From contig URIX01000003.1 of the NCBI GenBank assembly GCA_900547975.1, forward strand, positions 17,867-81,866: a stretch of 64,000 nt of DNA, read 5' to 3'. The stretch is from an uncultured Eubacteriales bacterium (GTDB lineage Bacteria; Bacillota; Clostridia; Christensenellales; CAG-917). The translations under genes and the position numbers were made by a program. Positions 14,460 to 25,403 of the stretch are shown here, piece after piece (position 1 is the stretch's first letter; each line of letters starts with the position of its first letter). Below the pieces are notes generated by a model that ran no database searches, had not been told where the DNA came from, and saw only the letters and a program-made list of their open reading frames with translations.

Positions 14460-15407
14460 TCATTGCGAATTTTCGGTTTTTTCGCGGATTTTTTCGGATA
14501 TATATCCGATTGCGCCGTCTGTGTCGCCGATATCGAACCATTTTACGAAGTCGTATTTTCTGAACCAAGTCAGTTGTCGCTTTGCGTAGTTGCGGGAATG
14601 TTGCTTGATTTTGTCTTTGATTTGGTCGAGTTCGGATTGGTCAACGACGAATTTGCCGTTTTCAATCGTAAATTTGCAATCTGCAAATTCTTTGTAGCCG
14701 ATGGCTTGCATCGATTGATAGGAAAAATCTCCGACGGACAAAACCTCTTGAACGAGCCCTTGCTCGAACATTTTGTCAACACGAGCGTTGATTCTTTCGT
14801 ACAAAGCCTGACGATCGGTGTTGAGCGCAACCATAATTACGTCGGGGTTTTTGCGCTCGTCCTGCGTTTGCGAAAGCGGTTTGCCTGTGCTTAAAACGAT
14901 TTCGAGTGCGCGAATAACGCGTTTCGTATCGTTTTCGTGAAGTCGATTTGCGGTTTCGGGGTCGAGATTTGCGAGTTTTTCGTGCATAGCGTGCGCGCCG
15001 ATTCGTTGCAGTTCGTCTTGCAAATTCGCGCGCAGTTCCTCGTTTTTGTTCGTGTGTGAAAAACTTATCGGATAAAGCAACGCTTCAAAATACAATCCCG
15101 TGCCGCCGACGACGATTGGCAATTTCCCTTCGTTTTGCGCTTTCTCGATTTCGATTTTTGCCATACGAGCAAATTCGGCAACGGAAAACTCGTCGCTCGG
15201 ATTTACGACGTCGATGAGTTTGTGCGGAATCCTTGCGCGTACGCTCGGATCTTCTTTTGCCGTGCCGATGTCAAGCGTGCGGTAAATCTGCATACTGTCT
15301 GCGGATATAATCACGCTGTCGAAAATTTTTGCAAGTTTCACGGCGAGTGCGGATTTTCCCGAAGCCGTCGGACCTGCGATGTAAATCGGCGGATAAATTT
15401 TGCTCAT
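14460..15407 (-). CDS. miaA: tRNA dimethylallyltransferase
   Basis: IYIAGPTASGKSALAVKLA P-loop, IISADSMQIYRTLDIGTAK, GGTGLYFEAL. Confidence 0.9.
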   Translation of the reverse strand: MSKIYPPIYIAGPTASGKSALAVKLAKIFDSVIISADSMQIYRTLDIGTAKEDPSVRARIPHKLIDVVNPSDEFSVAEFARMAKIEIEKAQNEGKLPIVVGGTGLYFEALLYPISFSHTNKNEELRANLQDELQRIGAHAMHEKLANLDPETANRLHENDTKRVIRALEIVLSTGKPLSQTQDERKNPDVIMVALNTDRQALYERINARVDKMFEQGLVQEVLSVGDFSYQSMQAIGYKEFADCKFTIENGKFVVDQSELDQIKDKIKQHSRNYAKRQLTWFRKYDFVKWFDIGDTDGAIGYISEKIREKTENSQ

Positions 15408-15574
15408 ATTGTTTTTGAGATATTGCTATTGAACTTGTGTCCGATTGCTATATTGTTGCTTTATTACGTTTTGGATTTTTCCTTATATATGGATTAATAT
15501 AATTTATGTATCAATATATATTATCCTTATATATGCGGATTGTTCGTTACGGTTTGTTTATCGATTCGATTTTG

Positions 15575-17512
15575 TCAAACTATGCGCTTAAACAATTTTT
15601 CGATGTCCTTTGCGCTGAATGCGACGACTGCGGGACGACCGTGCGGACATTTTGTCGGAAGATTGCCGTTTTCGTCAACGTAGTTTTTGATAACGCGCTC
15701 GATTTGTGCTCTCGTGAGCGATTGACCGCCTTTTATTGCGGCTTTGCACGCTTGCTGGCACAGTTTGTCTTTTAAGAGATTTTGAAGCGTCAATTCGCTT
15801 TCGCTTTGCATATTTGCAAACAAGTCCGAGAAAAACTTTGAGAAATTGACTTGTGCAACGGGGTCGGGCACGGCGTTTACCGTGTATGCGCTTCCGCTTT
15901 TGCCTATCTCGAAACCGAGATTTTGCAAATTCGGCAAGATTCTTTCAAAATACTCGCTTTCCTCGCCCGTCATTGCCAATTTGAACGGAATCAGTAACGG
16001 TTGCGTGTGCTCGACATTGAATTTTTCCACGATTCTGTCATACAAAATTCTTTCGTGCGCGGCGTGTTGATCGATAAGATATACGAGATCGCCGCGTTCG
16101 CAAATGATGTACGTATCGAAAATCTGCCCGACGATTTTTCCGTCGAATACCGCATAATCGCTTTCAGCGTTATCGACATTTGAATTGTTTTCGGTTGCAG
16201 AAACGCCGTTATCGTCGAAAACAACGGATTCTACGTCATCGAAACGATTTGAACTATGCGTAAAATCATTACCAAAAGATGCGTGCGAATCGTTTAGCAC
16301 AGAATCGGAATTTTTGCTCGTAATATCGAATCCGAAATAGTTTTTCGGCGTGGTTTTTCCGCTGAAAAGTTTTGACGTGTCGATGCTCGTTTGCGCATAA
16401 TTCACTTGCGGCTTGCGTACGGGGTCAACGTCGAAATTGTTTGAAAAATCGCTCTGTTTAGTGGTGTTTTGAGAGTTTTCAGTCGGATTTTGCTCGACGT
16501 CGAAACCGAAAGTAACGTTTTTAAGACTGTTATTTATCGTGTTTTGCACTGCGTGATAAACTGCACTGAAAACCGCGTGTTTATCTCTGAACCTTACTTC
16601 CGTTTTTGACGGATGAACGTTGACGTCAACGTCGTCGAACGGCATAAGAATATCCAAAACGAACATAGGATACGTGCGTTTCATCAAATATTCCGAATAT
16701 GCTTTTTCGACGGCGGTTTGAATGGTTTGATCCTCGACCGCTCTACCGTTTACGATGATTGTTTGGTACGTTCTGTTTGCCTTCGTATAGTCTACTTTTG
16801 ACGTAAAGCCCGAAACTTTTATCGTGCCACCGTACTCGTCGCAGATTTCAAGAAGATTGTCGGCGGTTTTTGCGCCGTAAACAGAGAAAATCGCATCGGC
16901 AAGCGTGCCGCCCTCGTTGCGAAGCAATGTGCCTTCCTCGTTGGAAAGTTCGATTCTTACGGACGGATTTGCCAAAATCAGCATTCTAACGACGTCTTTT
17001 ATGTAGTTGAGTTCGCTTACGCCTTTTTTGAGGAATTTTAGGCGAGCAGGCGTATTGAAAAACAAGTTTTCAACGCTTATAACGGTCCCCTCTGCTCTCG
17101 AATCGTCGCCCTCGAACGTGACTTTGCCGCCCGAAAGCATAATTTTTGAAGCAATATCTTGATTTTTGCTCTTTGACGAAAGCGTGACTTCGCTGACGGA
17201 CGATATGCTTGCAAGTGCTTCGCCTCTGAAACCGAGAGTCGAAAGACTGTCGAGATCGACAATATTTTTGAGTTTGCTCGTGGCGTGCGGCAAGAATGCT
17301 TTGCGCATATCATCCTTTTCGATACCGATTCCGTTGTCGCTGACTTGAATTTTGCGGATTCCGCCGTCTTCGACGTAAACTGAAACTTCGCTCGCGCCTG
17401 CGTCTATCGAGTTTTCAATGAGTTCTTTCACGACCGACGAGGGTCTTTCGACAACCTCGCCTGCCGAGATCATATTGAATACGTTTGGTTCAAGTACGTT
17501 AATTTTGCTCAT
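15575..17512 (-). CDS. mutL: DNA mismatch repair protein MutL
   Basis: N-terminal ISAGEVVERPSSVVKELIENSIDAGA (GHKL ATPase). C-terminal CPHGRP motif. Confidence 0.95.
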   Translation of the reverse strand: MSKINVLEPNVFNMISAGEVVERPSSVVKELIENSIDAGASEVSVYVEDGGIRKIQVSDNGIGIEKDDMRKAFLPHATSKLKNIVDLDSLSTLGFRGEALASISSVSEVTLSSKSKNQDIASKIMLSGGKVTFEGDDSRAEGTVISVENLFFNTPARLKFLKKGVSELNYIKDVVRMLILANPSVRIELSNEEGTLLRNEGGTLADAIFSVYGAKTADNLLEICDEYGGTIKVSGFTSKVDYTKANRTYQTIIVNGRAVEDQTIQTAVEKAYSEYLMKRTYPMFVLDILMPFDDVDVNVHPSKTEVRFRDKHAVFSAVYHAVQNTINNSLKNVTFGFDVEQNPTENSQNTTKQSDFSNNFDVDPVRKPQVNYAQTSIDTSKLFSGKTTPKNYFGFDITSKNSDSVLNDSHASFGNDFTHSSNRFDDVESVVFDDNGVSATENNSNVDNAESDYAVFDGKIVGQIFDTYIICERGDLVYLIDQHAAHERILYDRIVEKFNVEHTQPLLIPFKLAMTGEESEYFERILPNLQNLGFEIGKSGSAYTVNAVPDPVAQVNFSKFFSDLFANMQSESELTLQNLLKDKLCQQACKAAIKGGQSLTRAQIERVIKNYVDENGNLPTKCPHGRPAVVAFSAKDIEKLFKRIV

Positions 17513-17556
17513 ATACTACCTAACAATTCTAATTTTTGCGGTTTTTTATAAATGTT

Positions 17557-20178
17557 TTATTCTTCGAGTTGTTTTTTTAGATCGCAAAGCACGGTCAATG
17601 CTTGAAGCGGCGTGAGATTGTCGACGTCGAGATCTTTGATTTGTTGCTCAATCTTGCTCGATTGCGTATCGAACAAACTCACCTGCGATGTCACGTTCTT
17701 TTTTGCCGAACTCAACAACATTTCGTTGGTATCTCTGTTTTTCGAGTCTTCTTCAAGCGAGTGCATTATGCTCTTTGCGTGGTCGATAACCGATTTCGTA
17801 ACGCCTGCAAGAGAGGCGACCTCGATACCGAAACTTTGCGACGCACCACCGCTTACGATTTTGTGCAAGAATACGATTGTGTCGTTTGCCCTGCTCACGA
17901 GCACGCGATAGTTCTTTACGCCCTCTAAATCTTCGAGTTCGGTCAACTCGTGGAAGTGCGTTGCAAACAGAGTTTTAGCCTTTACGTTTTTGGTGATGTA
18001 TTCGAGCACCGCCCACGCAATCGACAGTCCGTCGAACGTTGATGTTCCCCTACCTATTTCGTCGAGAACGAGAAGGCTCGACGCCGTGGCGTAGTTCAAT
18101 ATGGTTGCGACTTCTATCATCTCGACCATAAACGTACTTTGACCGCCGCTCAAATCGTCGCTTGCGCCGATTCTCGTGAAAATTCTGTCCGTCAATGCGA
18201 TTTTTGCGGATTTTGCAGGCACAAAGCAACCGATATGCGCCATAAGCGTGATGATTGCAACTTGTCGCATATACGTCGATTTGCCCGCCATATTCGGACC
18301 GGTGATAATCATCGTTCTGTTGTCCGCGTCGTCGAGTAGCGTGTCGTTGGGAACGTACGAGCCTCTGTCGAGCAACGTTTCGACAACGGGATGTCTGCCC
18401 TCTACGATGTCGATACATTTGATTTTCTTGTTTATTTCCGGCTTGACGTACTTGTTTGCAACCGATACGTTTGCGAGCGACACGAGGCAGTCGAGCGTGC
18501 TGAGTGCTTGAGCGTTCGATTGAAGTTTCGCAAGATTCTCGAAACACATATTTTTGAGTTCGCAGAAAATCTTGTCTTCGAGCGCGGTTGCGTTGGATTC
18601 GGCGGAAAGTATTTTTTCTTCGAGTTGTTTAAGTTCGTCGGTTATGTATCTTTCGCCGTTTACGAGGGTTTGTTTTCTCTGATAGCGATAAGGCACTTTG
18701 TCAACAAACGACTTAGACACCTCGATATAGTAGCCGAAAATCTTATTATATCCGACTTTGAGCGTACGTATGCCCGTTTCTTCCCTCTCTTGTGCTTCGA
18801 GTTTTGCAAGCCATTCTTTTGCGGAAGTTTTGATGTCGCGCAGTTGATCGAGAGTTTCGTCGTAGCCTTTTTTGACGTAACCGCCGTTCTTATAACTGCT
18901 CACTCCGTCGCGATCCAATGCGCTTTGAAGCGTGGCGCAGACGTTTTCGAGCGAGTAAAGCGAGCGATTTATACCCTTTACGAGCGTGCTTGTCGCGCCC
19001 GAAAGAAGTTGTTTGATTAGAGGAATCGCCTCGAGCGTGTCGCTTATAGAAAGCAAATCTTTCGGCGAGGCGTTGCCGTAGGCAAGACGACCGTTGAGTC
19101 TTTCGAGGTCACGGACGGAATAAAAAGATTCGCCGAGTCTTTCGCGCAATGCTTTTGAACTCATCAAATCTTCGAGTGCGTCGAGGCGTTTGTTGATAGC
19201 GTCGGCGTCTTGAAGCGGCTGTTCTATCCAGCGTTTGAGCGTTCTTGCGCCCATTGCGGTGGACGTTTTGTCGAGAACCCAAAGAAGCGAACCTTGTCTT
19301 TTCCCGTCGCGTGCGCGCTGAGTAAGTTCGAGATTGCGCCTCGTCGCGTTGTCGAGCATCATAAAGGATTTATCGCGCAAATACGAGATTTTCGTAAGTT
19401 GTCCGAGACTCCTCTTTTGTGTTTGCGTAAGGTATTCCAAGAGTCCGCCTGCGGCGCATACCGCGGCATTTTTGTCCGTCAATTCGAATACGTCGAGCGA
19501 GCCGACTTTGAAAGCGGACAATATTTTTCTCGTAGCCGTCGAAACATTGTATGCAAAGTCGTGATAGCAATGCGCGCGCTTTTCGTTGGATATGAAATAC
19601 TTGACCTTTTGGTATTTGGATACGAAGTCCTCGTTGCAGATAATCTCGCTAGGAGCAATGCTTCCCAAAATGTTGGAAAGTCGCTCTAAATAGTCTTCTG
19701 CCGAGTACTCGTACACATTGAATTCACCCGTCGAAATATCCGTCCACGCAATGCCGAACGTCGAGGAATTTGTGAAAATCGAGCATAGATAGTTGGAAGT
19801 TTTCTCGTCGAGAATATCTTCTTCCATAACCGTACCGCTCGACACCACGCGCACGACGTCGCGATCGACGAGCCCTTTGGACGTTGCGGGATCGCTTAAT
19901 TGCTCGCATATAGCGACCCGATAGCCGTTTTCGATGAGTCTTCTTATATAATTATCGACCGCGTGATACGGAACGCCGCACATAGGCGCGCGCTCGTCGA
20001 GCCCGCAATCTCTGCCCGTCAAGGTCAAATCCAGCACCCTCGACGCTGTTACCGCGTCGTCGAAAAACATCTCGTAAAAGTCGCCCAAGCGGAAGAAAAG
20101 CAGGCAATCGGGATAATTGTCCTTGATTTGAAAATATCTTTTCATCATCGGTGAAAGTTTATCTCTGTCGATATTCAT
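17557..20178 (-). CDS. mutS: DNA mismatch repair protein MutS
   Basis: 873 aa. TPMMKQY-like SPMMKRYFQIK, GPNMAGKSTYMRQVA, DEIGRGTSTFDGLSIA. Confidence 0.95.
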   Translation of the reverse strand: MNIDRDKLSPMMKRYFQIKDNYPDCLLFFRLGDFYEMFFDDAVTASRVLDLTLTGRDCGLDERAPMCGVPYHAVDNYIRRLIENGYRVAICEQLSDPATSKGLVDRDVVRVVSSGTVMEEDILDEKTSNYLCSIFTNSSTFGIAWTDISTGEFNVYEYSAEDYLERLSNILGSIAPSEIICNEDFVSKYQKVKYFISNEKRAHCYHDFAYNVSTATRKILSAFKVGSLDVFELTDKNAAVCAAGGLLEYLTQTQKRSLGQLTKISYLRDKSFMMLDNATRRNLELTQRARDGKRQGSLLWVLDKTSTAMGARTLKRWIEQPLQDADAINKRLDALEDLMSSKALRERLGESFYSVRDLERLNGRLAYGNASPKDLLSISDTLEAIPLIKQLLSGATSTLVKGINRSLYSLENVCATLQSALDRDGVSSYKNGGYVKKGYDETLDQLRDIKTSAKEWLAKLEAQEREETGIRTLKVGYNKIFGYYIEVSKSFVDKVPYRYQRKQTLVNGERYITDELKQLEEKILSAESNATALEDKIFCELKNMCFENLAKLQSNAQALSTLDCLVSLANVSVANKYVKPEINKKIKCIDIVEGRHPVVETLLDRGSYVPNDTLLDDADNRTMIITGPNMAGKSTYMRQVAIITLMAHIGCFVPAKSAKIALTDRIFTRIGASDDLSGGQSTFMVEMIEVATILNYATASSLLVLDEIGRGTSTFDGLSIAWAVLEYITKNVKAKTLFATHFHELTELEDLEGVKNYRVLVSRANDTIVFLHKIVSGGASQSFGIEVASLAGVTKSVIDHAKSIMHSLEEDSKNRDTNEMLLSSAKKNVTSQVSLFDTQSSKIEQQIKDLDVDNLTPLQALTVLCDLKKQLEE

Positions 20179-21536
20179 TTTTCCTCCTTATGTCCGAAAA
20201 GGGACGCCGATTTGGATACGGTTATTCTTACGTCGAAAAATTTGCCTATATCGTCTTTGCTGCCCTCGAAAGTGACGAGCCTGCCGCCGTCTTCTCTGCC
20301 GCAAACCATACCGTCGAGTTTTGCCGCGACGTCTTCGCAAAGCACTCTGTACACGCCGCCGATGTAGGTTTTTGAAATCTCTTTGGTTATCGAGTTTTGA
20401 AGTTTGATAAGGCGCGCGATTCGCTCTTGCTTTATAGCGTACGGTATCTGTTCCATTTTAGCGGCGGGCGTGCCTTTTCTCGGCGAATAAATGAAGGTGA
20501 ACGCGTTTGAGTAGCGCACTTTTTTCACGATTTCGAGAGTGTCTTGAAAGTCTTCTTCCGTTTCGGTCGGGAATCCGACCATAATATCCGTCGTTATTCC
20601 GATGTCGGGCATACGCTTGCGCAGTTTGTCGATGATTTGAAGATAATGCGCGCTGTCGTAGCGTCTGTTCATATTTGCAAGCACCTTGTCCGAGCCTGCC
20701 TGAACGGGAAGATGCAAATTGTGGCAAACGTGCTTCGAAGTCGCCATAGCGTCGATAATATCGTCGTTGAGGTCCTTCGGGTGCGACGTCATAAAGCGCA
20801 CGCGGAAATCGCCGTCGATTTTGTCTATTTCGCGCAACAAATTCGCAAAATTCACCTTTTCGTTTGCAACGTCGTTGCCGTACGAGTTGACGTTCTGACC
20901 GAGAAGCGTTATCTCTTTATATCCGTTTTCGACGCACTTTTTCACCTCGTCGAGAACGTTTTGCATATCGCGCGAAACCTCTCTGCCTCTTACGTACGGC
21001 ACTATACAGTACGTGCAGAAGTTGTTGCAACCGTATATGATGTTCACCCACGCGTTGGGATAACTCGTGCGGGTTTGCGGCGTATTTTCGTCGATATCGA
21101 GATAATCGGACGGCTGATTTACATCGAAACAGCGGTATTTTTTGTCGCTGCGCTTTTTGATTTTCGCTCTGCCCTCGATGACCTTTTCAATTTCGTCTTT
21201 GAGTGCGGAAATGTTACGAGTGCCCAAAACTATATCGACGTACGGGAATCTTTCCTTGATGTCCTCTTTCACGCCGTCTTGTTGCGGCATACAGCCGACG
21301 ACCGCAAGAATGAGATTCGGATTGCGCTTCTTTTCCGCTTTCGTCACGCCGATATTGCCAAGCGCGCGGCGTTCCGCAGTGTCGCGAATACAACAAGTGT
21401 TGAAAACGATTACATCGGGATTTTCGTCTTCGGGACAATCGATATATCCCATTTTTTCGAGAATACCGGCGATTTTTTCGCTTTCGTGAACGTTCATTTG
21501 ACAGCCGTATGTGTTGATTTTGTAAAACTTCGTCAT
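20175..21536 (-). CDS. miaB: tRNA-i6A37 methylthiotransferase
   Basis: TYGCQMN, radical-SAM CNNFCTYCIVP, C-terminal TRAM region. I chose ATG at 21536 because AAGGA lies 6 nt upstream; the tracked start at 21542 abuts the RBS. 4-nt overlap with mutS. Confidence 0.9.
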   Translation of the reverse strand: MTKFYKINTYGCQMNVHESEKIAGILEKMGYIDCPEDENPDVIVFNTCCIRDTAERRALGNIGVTKAEKKRNPNLILAVVGCMPQQDGVKEDIKERFPYVDIVLGTRNISALKDEIEKVIEGRAKIKKRSDKKYRCFDVNQPSDYLDIDENTPQTRTSYPNAWVNIIYGCNNFCTYCIVPYVRGREVSRDMQNVLDEVKKCVENGYKEITLLGQNVNSYGNDVANEKVNFANLLREIDKIDGDFRVRFMTSHPKDLNDDIIDAMATSKHVCHNLHLPVQAGSDKVLANMNRRYDSAHYLQIIDKLRKRMPDIGITTDIMVGFPTETEEDFQDTLEIVKKVRYSNAFTFIYSPRKGTPAAKMEQIPYAIKQERIARLIKLQNSITKEISKTYIGGVYRVLCEDVAAKLDGMVCGREDGGRLVTFEGSKDDIGKFFDVRITVSKSASLFGHKEEK

Positions 21537-21693
21537 TTGCATCCTTTATGCTTTTGCGTTTAGCAAGATATTGTCGTTCGATTTGCGTATCTGCAAGCAG
21601 AATTTGCTTTGCTCGTACGCGCGCAATACGCGCATTGTATTTATCAAAGGTTTATTATACATAATTTCGGCGGATAAAACAATAATAAATTCA

Positions 21694-23985
21694 ATGAAAA
21701 AATCCGAAAAAACGAAAATAGTCGATCCCGAAGTCAAAAAACGCAAAAAACGTAAAATTGCGATTGCGTTATCCGTCTTCTTTCTGCTTCCCGTCGTCGT
21801 AGCGTCGGTGACGATAGGCGGATTTTCAATATGGGCGAACACGCAAAAACCGAACAAAGATTTGCTTCCGACCGCAAGCGCAACGCCCGTATTTTTCGAT
21901 TCGAGCGGCAACGAATTGCCCTACACCGAAGAAAACTACATCGCAATCGAGGATATTCCCGACAATCTCAAAAACGCTTTCGTCGCGCTCGAGGACAAAC
22001 GTTTTTATTCGCATAAAGGATACGACCCCGTGCGTATGGCGGGGGCGCTCGTAAACAATATAAAATCGGGCGTGCTCAAAGAAGGCGCGTCCACAATCAC
22101 TCAACAACTCGTCAAAAACACGCACTTGACTCACGAAAAAACCGTCAGTCGCAAACTCAAAGAGATTGCAATCGCAACGAATATCGAAAAGGAATATTCA
22201 AAAGACGAGATACTTGCGATGTACCTTTCGGTGATATACTTCGGCAACGGCGCATACGGCGTGAAGCAAGCGGCAAGATTGTATTTCGACAAGAATATTC
22301 AAGACCTAACTCTTCCCGAATGCGCAACGCTTGCAGGTATCGTAAAGAATCCTAAAAAATACTCGCCGTTTGCGGCGGAAAACGATTGCGTGGCGAGGCG
22401 TAACCTCGTTTTGTCGGTTATGAAAAAAGAGGGATATATTGACGAAAGCACGTATGACAATGCGATAAACGCACCTCTCGAATCAACGAAGAATCAGCAA
22501 GAAAGCGGCAATTTAAACAAACGAATTTACGATTTATATATAAAATCGGCGATCGAGGAAGTTTGTCAAAAACTCGATATAACAAAGTACGAATTGTCAA
22601 ACAGCGGACTTAAAATTTACCTCAACGTCGATTCGAAAATACAAAAGAAAATCGCAAAAATCGGAAGCGACAAAAGTCTGTATTCAACCGACGAAATCGA
22701 CGGTGCGATTATGATTTTGGACAACGGAACGCATACGGTTTCGGCGTATTGGTCGAATCTTGCCTACAACGTCAAAAGACAGGCGGGTTCGTCGCTTAAA
22801 CCCATTGCGGTTTACGCCCCCGCTATCGATAAAAATGCGATAACCCTTGCAACGCCAATCGTTGACGAAAAAGTTGTTTTCGGCGATTATTCACCGTCGA
22901 ATTACGGCGGAAAATACTACGGCGATACGACGATACGCCAAGCAATCAAAAAATCCATGAACAGCGTTAGCGTCAAAACTCTCGATTATATCGGCGTGGA
23001 TACGAGCATTGAATATCTCGAAAAACTCGGCATAAATACGTCCGAAAACGATAAAAACTACGCCCTTTCCCTCGGAGCCATCTCAAACGGCGTGGGAATA
23101 AAGCAAATTGCCGACGCATACGCAACGTTTGCAAACGGCGGTATCTACCAAGGCGCAAGTTTCGTAAACTACGTTGTAAAAGACGATCGGAAAATACTGT
23201 CGTCGCCAAGCATATCGCAAAATCGAGTTTTCAAAGAGTCCACTTGCGACCAGATCAATTCCGCTCTTTCCGATACGGTTAAAGACGGCACGGCAATAAC
23301 GCTATTGGCGTTAAACTTCGAAGTTTGCGCCAAAACGGGCACTGCCGAGCGTAACGACGGCAAAAACAGCGACGCTTGGAGCGCAAGTTACAACGACCAA
23401 TATACTGTCGTTGTATGGCACGGCTCTGACGACGGTATGAGCGAAAAAGGCGGTGGATTTGCAACAAAACAATGCCTCGAATTGTGGAAGACGCTCGATT
23501 CGTGTCGCGTCATAAGCAAGCAAATGGAAAAGAGCGATTCCACTTTTACGCTCGACGTCGATTTGTACGCCACTAAACGCAACAAAAGCGTAACGATTGC
23601 AAGTGAAAATACCCCATTAGAATATCGAAAAAGCGAAATATTTTCAAACGAGCAAATTTACCCGATGTCGTCTTGCTTCGATTGCGTTTCGCAAGACAAA
23701 GCGGACTTCGAGGCAAAATATATTGACGGCAAAGTCACGATAACTCTGCCCTGCGAGGAAATCTACACCTACAAAATCACAAAACTCGACGTTTTCGGCG
23801 AAACGATAATATCGCAAATTGACGGCACAACCGCAAACGGAATTATAACCGTTTTCGATACGCCGTATACGTTTTCGGACATCGTTCGCTACAAAGTCGA
23901 GTGTTTCGTCACGTCAAATCCGTCTGCAACCGCATATGCCGAAAAAGAAGTATTTATAGATGGCGAATTCAATTTAAGTGCGTAG
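21694..23985 (+). CDS. Class A penicillin-binding protein (glycosyltransferase + transpeptidase)
   Basis: N-terminal basic/TM anchor. GT51 motifs EDKRFYSHKGYD and GASTITQQL. Transpeptidase motifs SSLKP and KTGTA. Start moved to ATG 21694 (MKKSEKTK...). Confidence 0.9.
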   Translation: MKKSEKTKIVDPEVKKRKKRKIAIALSVFFLLPVVVASVTIGGFSIWANTQKPNKDLLPTASATPVFFDSSGNELPYTEENYIAIEDIPDNLKNAFVALEDKRFYSHKGYDPVRMAGALVNNIKSGVLKEGASTITQQLVKNTHLTHEKTVSRKLKEIAIATNIEKEYSKDEILAMYLSVIYFGNGAYGVKQAARLYFDKNIQDLTLPECATLAGIVKNPKKYSPFAAENDCVARRNLVLSVMKKEGYIDESTYDNAINAPLESTKNQQESGNLNKRIYDLYIKSAIEEVCQKLDITKYELSNSGLKIYLNVDSKIQKKIAKIGSDKSLYSTDEIDGAIMILDNGTHTVSAYWSNLAYNVKRQAGSSLKPIAVYAPAIDKNAITLATPIVDEKVVFGDYSPSNYGGKYYGDTTIRQAIKKSMNSVSVKTLDYIGVDTSIEYLEKLGINTSENDKNYALSLGAISNGVGIKQIADAYATFANGGIYQGASFVNYVVKDDRKILSSPSISQNRVFKESTCDQINSALSDTVKDGTAITLLALNFEVCAKTGTAERNDGKNSDAWSASYNDQYTVVVWHGSDDGMSEKGGGFATKQCLELWKTLDSCRVISKQMEKSDSTFTLDVDLYATKRNKSVTIASENTPLEYRKSEIFSNEQIYPMSSCFDCVSQDKADFEAKYIDGKVTITLPCEEIYTYKITKLDVFGETIISQIDGTTANGIITVFDTPYTFSDIVRYKVECFVTSNPSATAYAEKEVFIDGEFNLSA

Positions 23986-24173
23986 TAAACAATGCTTTGG
24001 CATATGAAGCACATTTGCAATTATGACAAAATTAACTATATTTTGAATGACAGAATAAGAAAGCGACTCCCATATCGGGGTTTATTCCGAAGGTGTGGGT
24101 GCCGCTTTCAATATCAGCATATGCAAGTATTTAGATAAGTCAACAAAAAAATGTCGGGATATTATCGAAAAAA

Positions 24174-25352
24174 TCAAAGAATTTCGATTCCTTCGACGGC
24201 TTTTGCAACCAAACCGTCAATATCCATTGCTTTTTCCGCTTCTCTCACCTTTTCGAGTTTGGGGTGAATTACGGGGTTTTTCGGCAAGAAAATCGTGCAA
24301 CAATCCTCAAACGGCTCAATCGACGTTTCGTAAGTGCCGATTTTGCGCGCGAGATTCATCGTTTCTTCTTTGTCGAACGCAATGAGCGGTCTGAAAACGG
24401 GCAAACTTGCACAATCTTCCGTTGAAGTCATACTCTCAACGGTTTGCGAAGCGACTTGTCCGAGGCTTTCGCCCGTTATCAACGCTTTACATTCCGCTTG
24501 CTTTGCGACAATCGACGCTATGCGCATCATAAATCTACGCATAATGGTTATCATAAATTCCGCAGGGCAAACTCTGTGAATTTCCATTTGGATTTCGGTG
24601 AACGGAACGACGTAAAGTTTGACGTCGGTTGCGTATTTTTCGACGATATTGCGAAGTTCAACCACCTTTTCTTTGGCTTTTTCGGACGTGTACGGCGGCG
24701 AGCAGAAATGGATTGCGCAAAGTTTCATACCGCGTTTTGCCATCATATATGCCGCAACCGGCGAATCGATTCCGCCCGAGAGCAACATAAGTCCTTTGCT
24801 CGAACAACCGACGGGAAGTCCGCCCGCGCCCTGAATTACGTCGCTATATACGAACGAATAGCCGTTTTCGCGCATATCCACCAAGAAATCGTAATCAAAT
24901 TCTTTCAAATCAACCTTAAACGAAGTGTTTGCAAGCACCACACCGCCGAGTTTTGCGGCAATCTCGTAGGATGCGAGCGGTATACGCTTGTCGGCGCGTT
25001 TGACCGTGACTCTGAATTTCGGCGCTTTGAGCAAAGTTTCCTCGTGCGTTTTGATTGCAAGTTGCTTTATGCACTCTCTTACGTCGCAAAAATCCTCGTT
25101 TGCTTTTGTTTCAACCTTGTATGCCACCGAAAACGAGTAAATTCCAAACACTTTTTTCAATCTGTCCACAAACTCGAACTCGTCGTCGACATCGAAGTTT
25201 TCGACAAAATATCTACCTTGCGAGCGCGCAAAGTCGAATTTCAAACCCGAAAGTGCTTGCTTTATGTTCTTTATAAGCAAACTTTCAAAATAATCGCGGT
25301 TTTTGCCTTTGAGGAATATTTCCCCGTATCTGATGATAATTACTTTTTCCAT
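24174..25352 (-). CDS. thiI: tRNA 4-thiouridine synthase
   Basis: IRYGEIFLKGKNR N-terminus and SGGIDSPVAAYMM PP-loop. Confidence 0.9.
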   Translation of the reverse strand: MEKVIIIRYGEIFLKGKNRDYFESLLIKNIKQALSGLKFDFARSQGRYFVENFDVDDEFEFVDRLKKVFGIYSFSVAYKVETKANEDFCDVRECIKQLAIKTHEETLLKAPKFRVTVKRADKRIPLASYEIAAKLGGVVLANTSFKVDLKEFDYDFLVDMRENGYSFVYSDVIQGAGGLPVGCSSKGLMLLSGGIDSPVAAYMMAKRGMKLCAIHFCSPPYTSEKAKEKVVELRNIVEKYATDVKLYVVPFTEIQMEIHRVCPAEFMITIMRRFMMRIASIVAKQAECKALITGESLGQVASQTVESMTSTEDCASLPVFRPLIAFDKEETMNLARKIGTYETSIEPFEDCCTIFLPKNPVIHPKLEKVREAEKAMDIDGLVAKAVEGIEIL

Positions 25353-25403
25353 AGCCGTTCCGTAGTATATTTTCGATTTTATATAAGTCTTTCAGACTTA
25401 AAA